Below are positions 1 through 12,299 of a stretch of 64,000 nt of DNA, in pieces. The translations under genes and the position numbers were made by a program. Location of the stretch: NCBI RefSeq assembly GCF_006345805.1, contig NC_042998.1:42222001-42286000 (forward strand), read 5' to 3'. Under the pieces are notes generated by a model. The model did no database searches, was not told the origin of the DNA, and was given only the letters and a program-made list of their open reading frames with translations. This stretch comes from Octopus sinensis. Its lineage: Eukaryota. The number at the start of each line of letters is the position of its first letter. Position 1 is the stretch's first letter.

Positions 1-185
1 CCAAGGGCGAGGTGTATGCGACGCGTATGCAACGCGAGCCGGCGTAAGTGCGTATGTGCGCGTGCCTGCGAGTATGCGCGTACGTATGTATGTGTGTGGA
101 TGTGTGAGTGTGTCTGTGTGTATGTCTGGGTGGCAGTGTGTGCGATGAATGTATGTGAGTATGTGTGTATGTATGTGTGTGCATA

Positions 186-238
<53 letters not shown>

Positions 239-239
239 A

Positions 240-400
240 TAGTTGAAATTTATAGAAAAACAAAAAACAAAGACAGATGTATGAAAAACAGCAGATGTAT
301 TAGTTTGATGCTTGGGAAAATGAAAAAGTCTTTTATGTTTCGAGCCTACACTCTTCAGCAGTAAGGAATAAGAGAAAATAAACAGAGAGAGAGAGAGAGT
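240..400 (-). mobile_element. Penelope-like (PLE)-derived short repeat, family A, copy 1
   Basis: Abuts a (TA)n tract. Related copies at 519-715, 7525-7700 (inverted) and 11140-11290. Carries a hammerhead-like motif. Confidence 0.55.
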
Positions 401-518
401 GAAAAAAAAAACCTGTAGATTTAGTGGTGAAGCATGGCAACAGATTAGTAAAAATGTTTGAAAGAAGAGGTTGGAAGAAAGGGAGATAATAAAATTATAT
501 ATATATATATATATATAT

Positions 519-715
519 AGGGAGAGTTTACGAAAAAAACAACAAAAGATGAAGACAGGTGGTTACAAAACAAACAGATATATTAGTATAACGCTCAGGA
601 ATAGAAAAAGTCTTTTACGTTTTGAGCCAATGCTCTTCTACAGAAAGGGACACAGGAAACAAGGAGAGAAAAAAATGTGTGTAGTGGCTAATGATCTATC
701 ATGGCGTCTCATGTG
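519..715 (-). mobile_element. PLE-derived short repeat, family A, copy 2 (same orientation as copy 1)
   Basis: Same layout after (TA)n. Shared core gtattagt...aaagtcttttacgttt(c/t)gagcc...ctcttc. Confidence 0.55.
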
Positions 716-745
716 TGTATATATATATATATACGCACACACACA

Positions 746-936
746 CAGGGTGTAGCAGAAATACCTCCCACATTTTAAACTTTGACCTATGTGTTGCTGA
801 TGAACTTATGCAAGTGCCAATTTTTTTTTCATTTAGTTAATTAACAAAAACTGTAAACCTTTGTTTAAACAAAAGTAAAATAAATCTTTCCTTTTGTCAA
901 CTTTTCAAGTGTGGGATGTATTTCTGCCACACCCTG
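746..936. mobile_element. Tc1/mariner-type MITE
   Basis: About 30-bp TIR: CAGGGTGTAGCAGAAATACCTCCCACA versus reverse complement CAGGGTGTGGCAGAAATACATCCCACA. Confidence 0.75.
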
Positions 937-940
937 TGTG

Positions 941-983
<43 letters not shown>

Positions 984-984
<1 letters not shown>

Positions 985-1138
985 GGGTTTAAATTAGAAA
1001 AGGAAAGGCAAACAGTTTGGGAAGACTTGACAAGTTCATTTAATTTTGAAACTGTCTAAACCTTTTAATATATAGCTAAGTTAAATGTTCTTGCCAAGTC
1101 TTGCCAAACTGTTTGCCTTTTCTTTTGTACTTTAACCT
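984..1138. mobile_element. MITE-like inverted-repeat element
   Basis: About 45-bp inverted arms (aaaggcaaacagtttgggaagacttgacaag / cttgccaagtcttgccaaactgtttgcctttt). Confidence 0.65.
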
Positions 1139-1353
1139 AACCTACTGACTCAAGAGAAACTACTTCTAGCCACTTTGGATAGGGCAATCACAAAATCACA
1201 TCTTCAACTGCAGTTCAAACCGGAATTTTAGTGGCATACCTATTTGAGCACTCAGACTGCATACCTATTACTATTAGTTTGAGTCACCCTGACAAAAACT
1301 CTTTGTATCTTTTATATTTATATAAATAAATAAATATATATATAAATAAATAA

Positions 1354-1384
<31 letters not shown>

Positions 1385-1758
1385 TATATATCTCTTATTA
1401 TAAAAGGCAGATTTTATCTGCCTCCCTTTGTATCTTATAGAAATCTACAATATAGGATTTCTTCAATTACAATTTACCTAGCATTTTTAAGAGTAGAATG
1501 CATCGGGTCGTGCCAGGTCCAGTTTTTAAAATTTCAACCCCAATTAAGCAAAATTTAGAGAAAACTCACATTGTGGTGTATAAGTCAAATGCTTCTCTTA
1601 GTGTGGCCTACACCACACGCACACGCACACACACAGTGTGCAACGAATAAAGTGAAAGTAATTCACTTCTTGTAGTGAGTGACTCTTTCACTCTGCCACT
1701 TCCTCTTTACACACATAGACACGCAAATATATAAATAAAATTGTAAGCTAATGTGTGT

Positions 1759-1802
<44 letters not shown>

Positions 1803-1838
1803 GTGCGTGTGTGTGCGTGTGCGTGAGTGTGTGACAGG

Positions 1839-2672
1839 AAAGTTTTTTAGGACGAATATAAGACCTATATCCAAGTAGCAGAAAGATCGCCCAAAAGTGT
1901 ATATAGATATTTAAATGTATTTATATATTCATCTATACACAGATGTATGTATAATGTGTGTGTATATATTTCCATACACGTAACCATTCACTCCGCACAA
2001 AGTTTTTTAGGACGAATATAAGATCTAAAGTATATACAAGTAGCACAAAGATCGCCCAAAAGTGTATATAGATATATAAATGTATTTATATATTCATCTA
2101 TGCACACATGTATGTATAACGTGTGTGTATATATTTCCATAGAGGTAACCATTCACTCCATACAAAGTTTTTTAGGACGAATATAAGACCTATATCCAAG
2201 TAGCAGAAAGATCGCCCAAAAGTGTATATAGATATTTAAATGTATTTATATATTCATCTATACACAGATGTATGTATAATGTGTGTGTATATATTTCCAT
2301 ACACGTAACCATTCACTCCGCACAAAGTTTTTTAGGACGAATATAAGATCTAAAGTATATACAAGTAGCACAAAGATCGCCCAAAAGTGTATATAGATAT
2401 ATAAATGTATTTATATATTCATCTATGCACACATGTATGTATAACGTGTGTGTATATATTTCCATAGAGGTAACCATTCACTCCATACAAAGTTTTTTAG
2501 GACGAAAATAAGATCTAAAGTTATCTCTAAGAAACAGAAAGATCACCCAAAAGTGTATATAGATATTTAAATGTATTTATATATTCATCTATACACACAT
2601 GTATGTATAATGTGTGTGTATATATTTCCATAGAGGTAACCATTCAATCCATACAAAGTTTTTTAGGACGAA
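1839..2672 (+). repeat. About 160-166-bp tandem repeat, 5 units, inside the Helitron
   Basis: Marker agttttttaggacgaa recurs at 1841, 2001, 2166, 2326, 2491 and 2657. Confidence 0.92.
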
Positions 2673-2923
2673 AATATTTATATATAAAAGAAAGGTTGTG
2701 TGTCTGTCTACTCTGATTTAGATTCCTAACTACTCCCACATTTTGCGATGCAGTTTAACCAAAACCGGGTATCTTATAGTCGTGATTCATATCGAGCCCT
2801 TCTGGGTATTAGCCCGCGTCTACGATGAGTCTATGATTTTACAAATAATTTACCATCATTTTTTTCCATTTTAATGCATATTTTTTTAAATGAAGGGAAG
2901 TAACTCTCAAACTTCACACCAAT

Positions 2924-3445
2924 ATGCGTGCTCATATGCGACGTAATATCACATCAGCAGCATTTCCTCACACCCTCCTTGCACTTGGCGAAGGCAAAAT
3001 ACCAGGGGATGAAAATGGTAATATTGCCATCGATTCCATTTGTACCATTGTTAAGACGCCTTCTGATCTCAGAGATGCAGTGTTCCCAGATCTACAAGCT
3101 AATTATCAGAATATGGATTGGATTGGCAAAAAGGCTATACTGGTCCCGAGGAATAAAACTGTTCACCATATTAATGATGAAATGCTAAAACTCATTCCTG
3201 GGGAAGTCTATGTATATCAGTCTATCGATACAACTCCTGACCCAGAAGACGTCATCAACTATCCAATAGAGGTACTCAATTCCTTTGAGCACCCCGGACT
3301 ACCACCACACTTTCTCAAACTTAAAGTTGGTGCCCCTATAATGCTCATCAGAAATTTGGTTCCCCCAAAACAATGCAATGGCACACATTTGATCGTTAAG
3401 TCCTTATCTCCCACCGTAAGCTTATATCAATATTTGCCTGAATAA
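2924..3445 (+). pseudogene. Helitron RepHel PIF1-helicase fragment
   Basis: Motifs AILVPRNKTVHHIN, GLPPHFLKLKVGAPIMLIRNL and CNGTHLIV. Truncated before the C-terminal helicase motifs. Confidence 0.9.
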
Positions 3446-3535
3446 TCATCATAATTCAGTGCAATCATTAACAGTACTTTCAAGCAAATCAGCCCCGAGC
3501 AACGCCGGGCAATTCTGCTAGTATATATATATAAA

Positions 3536-6500
3536 TCATCATCATCATCATCATCATCATTTAGCGTCCGTTTTCCATGCTAGCATGGGTTGGACGGTTC
3601 AACTGGGGTCTGTGAAGCCGGAAGGCTGCATCAGGCCCAGTGAGATCTGGCAGTGTTTCTACGGCTGGATGCCCTTCCTAATGCCAACCACTCCGTGAGT
3701 GTAGTGGGTGCTTTTTATGTGCCACCAGCACAGGTGCCAGTCGGAGCTGGAAAACAGTCACGAACGGATGGTGCTTTTACGTGCCACCGGCACGGGGGCC
3801 AGGCAAGGCTGGCAACGGACACGAACGGATGGTACTTTTACGTGCCACCGGCACAGGGGCCAGGTGCAGCTGGCAATGGACACGAGCGGATGGTGCTTTT
3901 ACGTGCCACCAGCACGGAGGCCAGACGGAGTGATGCCGGCAACGACCACGATCGGATGGTTCGCTTAACCACAGCTGCAATTTCCACTGATGTTGATCGA
4001 CCTCAATTTTGGTTCTGCTTTCTGATATCTGATTTGATTTGGCTTGATTTTGATTTTGACTGTTCTCACTGGTCTTGCTGGGTCTTCTCACGCACAGCAT
4101 ACTTCCATAGGTCTCGGTCTCTAGTCATTTCCTTGGTGAGACCTAAAGTTCGAAGGTCGTGCTTCACCACCTCGTCCCAGGTTTTCCTGGGTCTACCTCT
4201 TCCACAGGTCCCCTCAACTGCCAGGGTGTGGCACTTTTTCACACACCTATCTTCATCCATTCTCGCCACATGACCATACCAGCGCAATCGTCTCTCTTGC
4301 ACACAACAACTAATGCTTCTTAGGTCCAACTTTTCTCTCAAGGTACTTACACTCTGTCGATTATGAACACTGACATTACACATCCATCGGAGCATACTAG
4401 CTTCATTTCTTGCGAGCTTACGCAAATCCTCAGCAGTCACAGCCCAAGTTTCACTACCATGTAGCATGGCTGTATGTACACATGCATCATACAGTCTGCC
4501 TTTTACTTTGAGCGAGAGGCCTTTTGTCACCAGCAGGGGTAAGAGCTCTCTAAACTTTGCCCAGGCTATTCTTACTCTAGCAGTTACACTTTCAGCACAC
4601 CCGCCACCGCTACTGACTTGGTCACCTAGGTAGCGGAAGCTATCAACTACTTCTAGTTTTTCTCCCTGGAAGGTGGTAGAAGTTGGTCTCTGCATATTTT
4701 CAGAGTTTATTGCTCCTGAGCATCTGCCACAGATAAAAACTATTTTCCTAGTTAGTCTTCCTTTGACATTACTACATCTCTTATGTGTCCATAGCTTACA
4801 TTTGGTGCATCTTATAGAGTTTCTACCTACGCCTTTTCTACAGATCGAGCAGGGCCATCTACCTGAAGGCGTTTGTGATTGGTCTACCTTCCTACTTATT
4901 AGGACTTTGGTTTTGGCTAGGTTGATTCTAAGGCCCTTCGATTCTAGACCTTGTTTCCACACTTGAAACTTCTCCTCCAGTTCTGATAGAGACTCAGCAA
5001 TTAGAGCAAGGTCATCAGCATAGAGGAGCTCCCAGGGGCATCCTGTCTTGAATTCCTCCGTTATTGCCTGGAAGACTATGATAAATAGGAGGGGACTGAG
5101 GACTGAACCTTGGTGGACCCCAACCTCTACCCTGAATTCTTCACTGTACTCGATGCCAACCCTCACCTTACTAGCAGCGTCTCTGTACATGGCTTGTACA
5201 GCTCTCACTAACCATTCATCTATCCCTAGTTTCCTCATTGACCACCAGATAAGGGATCAGGGGACCCTGTCGAAGGCTTTCTCCATATCAACAAAAGCCA
5301 GGTATAGGGGCTTGTCTTTGGCTAGGTATTTCTCCTGCAGCTGTCTTACCAGGAATATAGCATCAGTAGTACTTTTCCCTGGCACGAACCCAAACTGCAT
5401 CTCATCTAAGCTAACTCTCTCTCTAATTAGTTGGGCTATAACCCTCTCCGTAACATTCATTACCTGATCCAGCAGCTTGAAACCCCTGTAGTTATTTGTA
5501 TCTAGGGCGTCACCTTTACCTTTGTAGCAGTTGACTATTATGCTGCTACACCAGTCATTGGGTATGACTCCTTCGTGTATCACCTGATTAACTATACGGG
5601 TGACTAGGCTATAGCCGACACTACCAGATATTTTGAGCATCTCTGCAGTAATTCCTGATGGGCCTGGGGCTTTCCCTGTTTTCATGCTTGTAATTGCCTT
5701 AACTACTAAGGAACTGTCAACTCGGATTGCTGGTCCTTCTGTTGGGTCAACATTTGGCAGACTCTCTTTATCCCATTCATTTTCCTCATTCAGCAACCTT
5801 TCATAGTGGCGTCTCCAAACCTCTCTCTTTGCATCCTCATTTAGCGCAAGTGAGCCGTCATCCGTGCGAACACATTTTTCTCCTACCACGTCACGATTCT
5901 CTCTCACACACTGTCTTGCTATACGAAATACCTCAAGTCTTTCATCCTCACGGCGCCGGACATTGGCAAATTTTTTCTTATCTGCTTCCCTTCTGGCTAA
6001 ATACACCTGCCTCCTAGCTTCCCTTCTTGCAGTCTGATACACTTCCCTGCTACCACCGCTCTTCCAGTCCTTCCAAGCCTGTTTCTTTTGTCTAATAGCC
6101 CTGTCAACAGTATTGTTCCACCACCACGTTATTATCGGTCTTGTGGGGACTTTGCACCAGCCACAGATCTGGTCAGTGGCTTTCAGCAGGTTGTCCCTTA
6201 GAAGCGCCCAGTTATCTTCTACCCCATGTGTAGCTATACCCCCTTCTATTTCATCGAAGGCTTCAAGTAACATGTCTCTAAATCTCTGTCCATTTGCAGG
6301 GTCTTTAAGCTTCCAGACCCTTCTTCTCCTGTTGGTCGTCTTCTAGTCGTCCTCTTAGTCCTGATCCTAAAGTCACTGACTACCAGTCTATGTTGTGGGG
6401 TACATTCTTCGCCTGGGAAGGTTTTGGCATTTATAAGCAGCCATCTTTCCCTTTTTCTGGCAAGGATGTAGTTGATTTGGCTTGTATGCTGGCCCGAACG

Positions 6501-7431
6501 GTAGGTGACCAAGTGGCTTGTCAGTTTCCTGAAGTTAGTGTTGCAAACCATACGACTATTCGCATCACAGAACTCCAGCAGCCTGGTTCCCTCCTCATTG
6601 CGAGAACCATAACCATAGCCTCCATGAACGCCATAGAAGCCCTCAGCATTTCGTCCAACGTGCCCATTGAAGTCACCAGCCACAAAGAGAAGGTCCCTGT
6701 CATTCGTCAATGAGGTGGTCTGCAGTAGGGTGTCATAAAAACGGTCTTTCTGTCCATCGGGTAACCCTGGTTGAGGGGCATAGGCCGATATAATAGTTGC
6801 TAAACTATGATGGAGCACTAATCTAATCTTCAGTATTCTGTCACATACTCTGACTACCTCGATTACCTTATCTACCCATTTTTTGGCAATAAGCATACCC
6901 ACTCCCTCGACCCCTTCAGTATTCCCAGCCCAGAAAATCTTGTACCTCTGTCCTTTACCTGAGAGGAACCTAGCAGAACCTCCTCTCCACCTCACCTCTT
7001 GAATACAGCATATATCTACACACCTCCGTTCAAGCAATTCAACGATCTCGCCAGATCTGCCTTTCAGTGTGCCAACTTTGAGGGTGCCAACCCTGAGGAA
7101 GTGGGAGGCAATGGACCTAGTAGCATCATGAACCTGAAAAGAAAACTCGCGTTTGGCAGTATTCATAGACAAAAAATAAAACTCAAGTCCAAACCGCGTA
7201 CGTTACACCAAACATATCTTGCAATGAATGACCACTACCTTTTATGGAAGGAGGTGCAGGTGGCGTAAGACTTTGAAGTAAGCATGGGAGACAACAGGGA
7301 TGCGAAGTGTACATGGGAGACAACAAGGATGAGAAAATTTAGGACTTCCTGTAGCGGTGGAGGGGGTGGGATGGCGGGCGCACTCTGCGAAAAATTATCC
7401 AGCCATGCGAGCGCTCCTCGAGGGGAGAACT
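3536..7431 (-). mobile_element. Near full-length RTE-clade LINE (about 3.9 kb) with long 3'UTR and (GAT)n tail
   Basis: APE endonuclease plus RT ORF. Tail at 3536-3560. Candidate TSD TATATAAA at 3528-3535 and 7432-7439 (low complexity). Confidence 0.93.
4066..7172 (-). pseudogene. RTE APE-RT polyprotein, broken by one 1-bp deletion (about 6330) and one CGA>TGA stop (5257)
   Basis: APE motifs CCIQEVRW, AGDFNGHVG and SQINYIL. RT motifs QFGFVPG, FVDMEKAFDRVP, VGVHQGSVLSPLLF and YADD. C4HC3-like Zn finger. Confidence 0.95.
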
Positions 7432-7476
7432 TATATAAAATAATAAATATAATAATAATAATGATAATATATATAA

Positions 7477-7513
<37 letters not shown>

Positions 7514-8222
7514 ATATATATGTATATATATATGGGCATTTTTTTACTCTCCTTGTTTTTTTTCTGTGTCCGTTTCTGTAGAAGAGCGTAGGCTCGAAAT
7601 GTAAACGACTTTTTCTATTCCTGAGCGTTATACTAATACATCTGTTTGTTTTGTACACCACCTGTCTTTGTCTTTTGTTTTTTTTTGTAAACTCTCCCTA
7701 TATATATATATATATCCCAGGGTTATAGTAGAAGATACTTGCCGAAAGTGCCACACTTTATGGTTTGGAAATTTCTTACCCAACAGCCATGTCTGTACCT
7801 ATTAAAAATCTTATTTGCATTTGATGTGAATGAGAAAACCTAACCACCACAACAGAAGTGAGATCCTAAAACCAAAGTGCCACATAGAATGGCATTGGTG
7901 TGGTTGCTGGTGTCATGTAGAAAGCACTAGTGATGGTGCCACATAAAAAGCATCCAGTACATTCTGTAAAGTGGTTGGCTTTAGCAAGGGCATCAAGCCA
8001 TAGAAACCAAGCCAAAATAGACTATAGAACCTGGTGCAGCTCCTGGCCTTACCAGTCATTGTCAAACTGTCCAACCCTTGCCAGCATGTAAAGCAGAAGT
8101 TAAATGTTGATGATGATGATTAAATTTTGTATTTAATTAGCTTTTTAACTAGGTTATAATCTTGAAATTAATTTTGTTTTTTAGATTTGTTTCTATTGAT
8201 TATTGTTTTTTTTTTAAACCAG

Positions 8223-8491
8223 GTGATTGAAGAAGGTGATTTACTTATTGCCAAACGTCTTATTATTTATGAGAAGCAGTGGGCAAAAATTTGTCAGCAT
8301 TACACTGTTACACTAAGTGACATAGACACTAGTCACTTAATTATAATACAAGAGATGTTGGAGGTTTGGAAGGTTCACATGGAACAATATTTCTTAGATA
8401 TTTCGCAATGGGAAGAAAAGTCATCAACGCAGCTGAGGGCATTACGATCAGATATTGGAGAGTACATAAAAGATTTTACAGAAAACCTTGA
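8223..8491 (+). CDS. AXDND1: AXDND1-like internal coding exon a (VIEEGDLLIAKRLIIYEKQW...DFTENLE), phase 0 to phase 2
   Basis: Poly-T/ccag acceptor and GA|gtaagt donor. Translation aligns with recalled human AXDND1 [39 protein letters not shown]. Phase matches the next exon. Confidence 0.88.
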
Positions 8492-9925
8492 GTAAGTTGT
8501 TTTATTTTTGCTTTATCTTGAATCAGTTAAGTTTCATATTGTACAATTCTTTGAGAAACCTCATATGAAAAAGCAGGTGGATATGTAGATATTTTAAGTT
8601 CTTCTGGAAATTCTTTGATGGACTGGGATATGGAAGGGATATAATCAAAAGTAGGAATCATAATTGTAAACATATTTTTGTACAGTTATATATGTGTGTG
8701 TGTGTGTGTGTGTGGTGTGTGTGTGTGTGTGTGTGTGCATGTGTGTGTATGCATGTATGCATGTGTGTGTGTGTGTGTGTGCATGTGTGTGTATGCATGT
8801 ATGCATGTGTGTGTGTTTCTGCTTGTATACATTCAAGTACACACACGTATTTATATACATATATCTTTATACATATTATTCACATATATATATAGCATGC
8901 ACATATGTACGTGTGTGTGTATTTATGTATATATGTATTATATTGTATATGTGTATGCATATATATATCATCATCATCATCATTGTTTAACATCTATTTT
9001 TCTTGCACGTCTGACAGGGGCCAGCCAGGTAGAAAAACTACCCAAGGCTACTGTGTCTGTTTTGGCAGGGATTTTATAGCTGGATGTCCTTCCTAACACC
9101 AACCGCTCCACAGGTGGACTCATTGCTTTTTATGTGGTACTAGCACAGGGGAGGTTACTTTTGGCATGATTTGGATGCTGGATGCCTTTCTAGACACCAT
9201 CATCATCATCATCATTTAATGTCCATCCTCCATGCTGGTATGGGTTGGACAGTTTGATCATGGCTGGTAAGTTGAGGGGCTGCATCAGACTCTAGTCTGA
9301 TTTGGCATGATTTCTATGGCTGGGTACCCTTCCTAATGCCAACCACTCCAAAAGTGTAATGGGTGTTTATGTGCCACCAGCATAGGTGCCAATTATGTGA
9401 CACTAGCGTCGACCACATTGCCTCCATGAGGCCCAATGCTCGAACGGTGCTTCTTATGTGCCACCAGCACAGGTGCCAGTTACATGACACCAGCATCAGC
9501 CACACTGCCTCCATGACCCATATACATATACATATATATATTTATACTTACACACACACACATACACACATCCATGTATTTAAACACTTATAGATATATC
9601 ATCATCATTATCATAATCATCATCATTTAATGTGCATCTTCCATGCTAGGATGAGTTGCAGTTTGACAGGATCCAATGAGTCAGAATGACTGCATCATGT
9701 GTTTTGGCATGCTTTCTATAGCTGATGTCCTTCCTAATGCCAACCACTTTACAGAGTTCACTGGGTACTTTTGTGTGACAGCTGACAAAGTAACTTGAAA
9801 ACAAAAAAGTAAAAAAAAGGGCCCCTTGACTGTGTGGGGTTGTAGCAGAGAGGCAAGTGGCTTTATGTCAGGTGTTGAGGGGCTAAAGTATGACAGAGGA
9901 ACAGGCACAGGTTCTTGCTATAGAG

Positions 9926-10687
9926 CAGTGATTCCCAACATGGGGCATATTCTCTACCGGTGGAGCCTTGGAAAATTGTGGTGGGGCATGGGATCCATTA
10001 TTTAATACAAAATAATCAGTGAATGCTTTGTTCAAAATGGAAAGTATCAAGGTGTGACTATGTGATGAAGTTGAAAGGAAATACTCTGACACTGCCATTT
10101 CAGCAAGAGAACTTTTGATTAATTTCTCCACATCTTATTTGGTTGAATGTGGCTTTAGTGCTATTGATGATTTGCCAAGAGAAATTACAAAACATGGTGG
10201 TTTACAGATGTATCTTATAAAATTGTCTCCTCAAATCAAGGAAATCTGCCATAGTCACCAGGTACAAGGTTTTCAATAAAGTGATTTACTTTTTTTTCCT
10301 TAGACAATAATGTACTTTTTTTTTTACTCAGTACTTAATAAAAGAGTTTCCAGTAGATTCTTTTGTATTAACCCTTTAGTGTTTGCATAATTCTGCCTAA
10401 ATTAATGCCTTTCCATCGACATTGTTTTGAAATAATCATGCATTATCTTGTAGCTATGAGGTAGCTGTTAATTTTTAAAACGATATTGTAGGGTTAGTGT
10501 GAGAGACCAGATCTGGCCAGTTTGAACATAAAACAGGCAGAATACTTCTGGCTGGTTTAAATGCTAAAGAGTAATGTGATAAAATATCAAAAATAGTGTT
10601 TCTTTTCCAACCACCAGTGGGGCATACATTTTTCTGGAAAGTTATTGCGAGGCCTGGGTGGGGGTGGAAATAGGTTGGTAAACACAG
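9926..10687 (+). mobile_element. Non-autonomous hAT (Buster/Charlie-like) element with C-terminal transposase relic
   Basis: TIR CAGTGATTCCCAAC / GTTGGTAAACACAG. 8-bp TSD CTATAGAG / CTATAGAA with central TA. Translation FSTSYLVECGFSA...SPQIKEICHSHQVQG. Confidence 0.8.
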
Positions 10688-11574
10688 CTATAGAAGAAAT
10701 ATTTGGCTACCTTGCATTATACAAGAGTGGATAGTAGTAGCTGAAAGAAGACAAAAATGGTGGTGATGAGGTCAAAGAGTACTCTCGAAATACAAGAAAG
10801 TGAGTGTGAGAATACAATCGGTGGATTGAGAAGGGTGGGTGGATAAGTTCATAAGAATGTAAGAATAGGGTGACAGATGGCTAGAGATGGATGGGTGGGT
10901 GAGGGGTAGTAGTGAAAGATGAGTAAGTAAAAGTGTAGGTGTAGTCAATGGTAAATATCAGTATGTGGTAGAAGACTATGTGGTTAAAAATTTACTTCCA
11001 AATATATGGTTTCATGTTCAATCCCGTTGTAATGCTGCTGCATTGGACAAGTGTGTTTTAGCACAATCTGGGGCTGATCAAAGCCTTATGAGTGGATCTG
11101 GTAGATGAAGTCTAAAAGAAGCCTGTTTTATATACATATATAGTTCAAATTTACAGGAAAACAAAGACAAAGACAGGGGTAGGAACAACAAGCAAGTGTA
11201 TTAGTTTGATGCTTGGGAAAAATAGAAAAGTCTTTTACGTTTTGAGCCTACACTCTTTGACAGAAAAGGAATAAGAGGAAATAGAGAGCAGTGGTCCAAC
11301 ATGTATACATACATGTAAATGAATTGTATTTAAAATTAAAGTTTAGGTAGGAGACTTTAGGGTGTAGTATCCAAACCTTGTTATGGGAATGTCCCTTGTA
11401 GTATGCCTGTAGATCACATTCGCCACTTGTGGCTACCAGGTGTCATCCAGAGTAGTGCACTTTTGTTCCCGGATGTATGTAAGGAATTCCTTAACCACAT
11501 TCAAAAGACTTCTTATAAAGACCATCACTGAAACATAGAAGAAATCTAACATGTCAACATACAATAACATTGAA

Positions 11575-11972
11575 GTGAAGGAACCAGCTACTCTTGTGCC
11601 AGTGGCAAGTAAAAAGCACCATTCAAACATGATCATTACCTGCGTTGCATTACTGGCACTTGTGCTAGTGGCACGTGAAAAAACATTCGAGCAAGGACAT
11701 TGCCAGTGCTGCTGGACTGGCTCCTGTGCAGGTGGCACATAAAAAGCACCATTTGAGCATGGTTGTTGCCAGTACCGCCTGATTGGCCCTCGTGCCGGTG
11801 GCATGTAAAAGCACCCACTACACTCTTGGAGTGGTTGGCGTTAGGAAGGGCATCCAGCTGTAGAAACTCTGCCAGATCAGATTGGAGTCTGGTGCAGCCA
11901 TCTGGTTTGCCAGTCCTCAGTCAAATTGTTCAACCCATGCTAGCATGGAAAGCGGATGTTAAACGATGATGT
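11575..11972 (+). mobile_element. 5'-truncated RTE 3'UTR copy
   Basis: gtgcc-ngt-ggcac modules, ggcgttaggaagggcatccagctg motif, gat tail. Confidence 0.8.
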
Positions 11973-12299
11973 TGAGTGTATTCTAAATTATCAACATACA
12001 AGACAGTGTGTACTAGAAGCTTTATTTAGGACAACGATCATTTCAGTTTACTTCTGCACTGCTCCTTAGTGGGTGGAGAACAATGTAATGGAATTGAATG
12101 CACCCCTTATTGAAGAAGAAACCTCTTCAAAAGTGGTTCAGTGTTATAAGATGTACATTTCCCTGATGTGCAAGGCAAGATGATGTTGGTTCATATGCAC
12201 ATGACACAAGTATATTAAAAGCTTTATAAGTCAATGCTATGTTCTACTGTGCTAGCAGTGCTATTAAATCACTTTTTAAGGTTGCCTCTAGAAATTTTC

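Larger units (their letters stand above)
1391..3521 (+). mobile_element. Non-autonomous Helitron (internally deleted, composite)
   Basis: 5' TC after A1390. Subterminal hairpin CCCG-AGCAACGC-CGGG (3494-3509). 3' CTAG (3518-3521) followed by T. Contains a PIF1 helicase fragment. Confidence 0.85.

Noticed and set aside
149-364. ORFs made of YI/CV/HT runs (also 8645-9096, 24830-25297, 52643-52984, 59655-60275 and others)
   Set aside because: They are translations of (TA)n, (TG)n and (CA)n microsatellites, with no splice or homology support.
5048-5467. ORFs antisense to RTE coding sequence (also 4673-4966, 6390-6713, 34140-34934)
   Set aside because: They are shadow frames of the LINE ORF.
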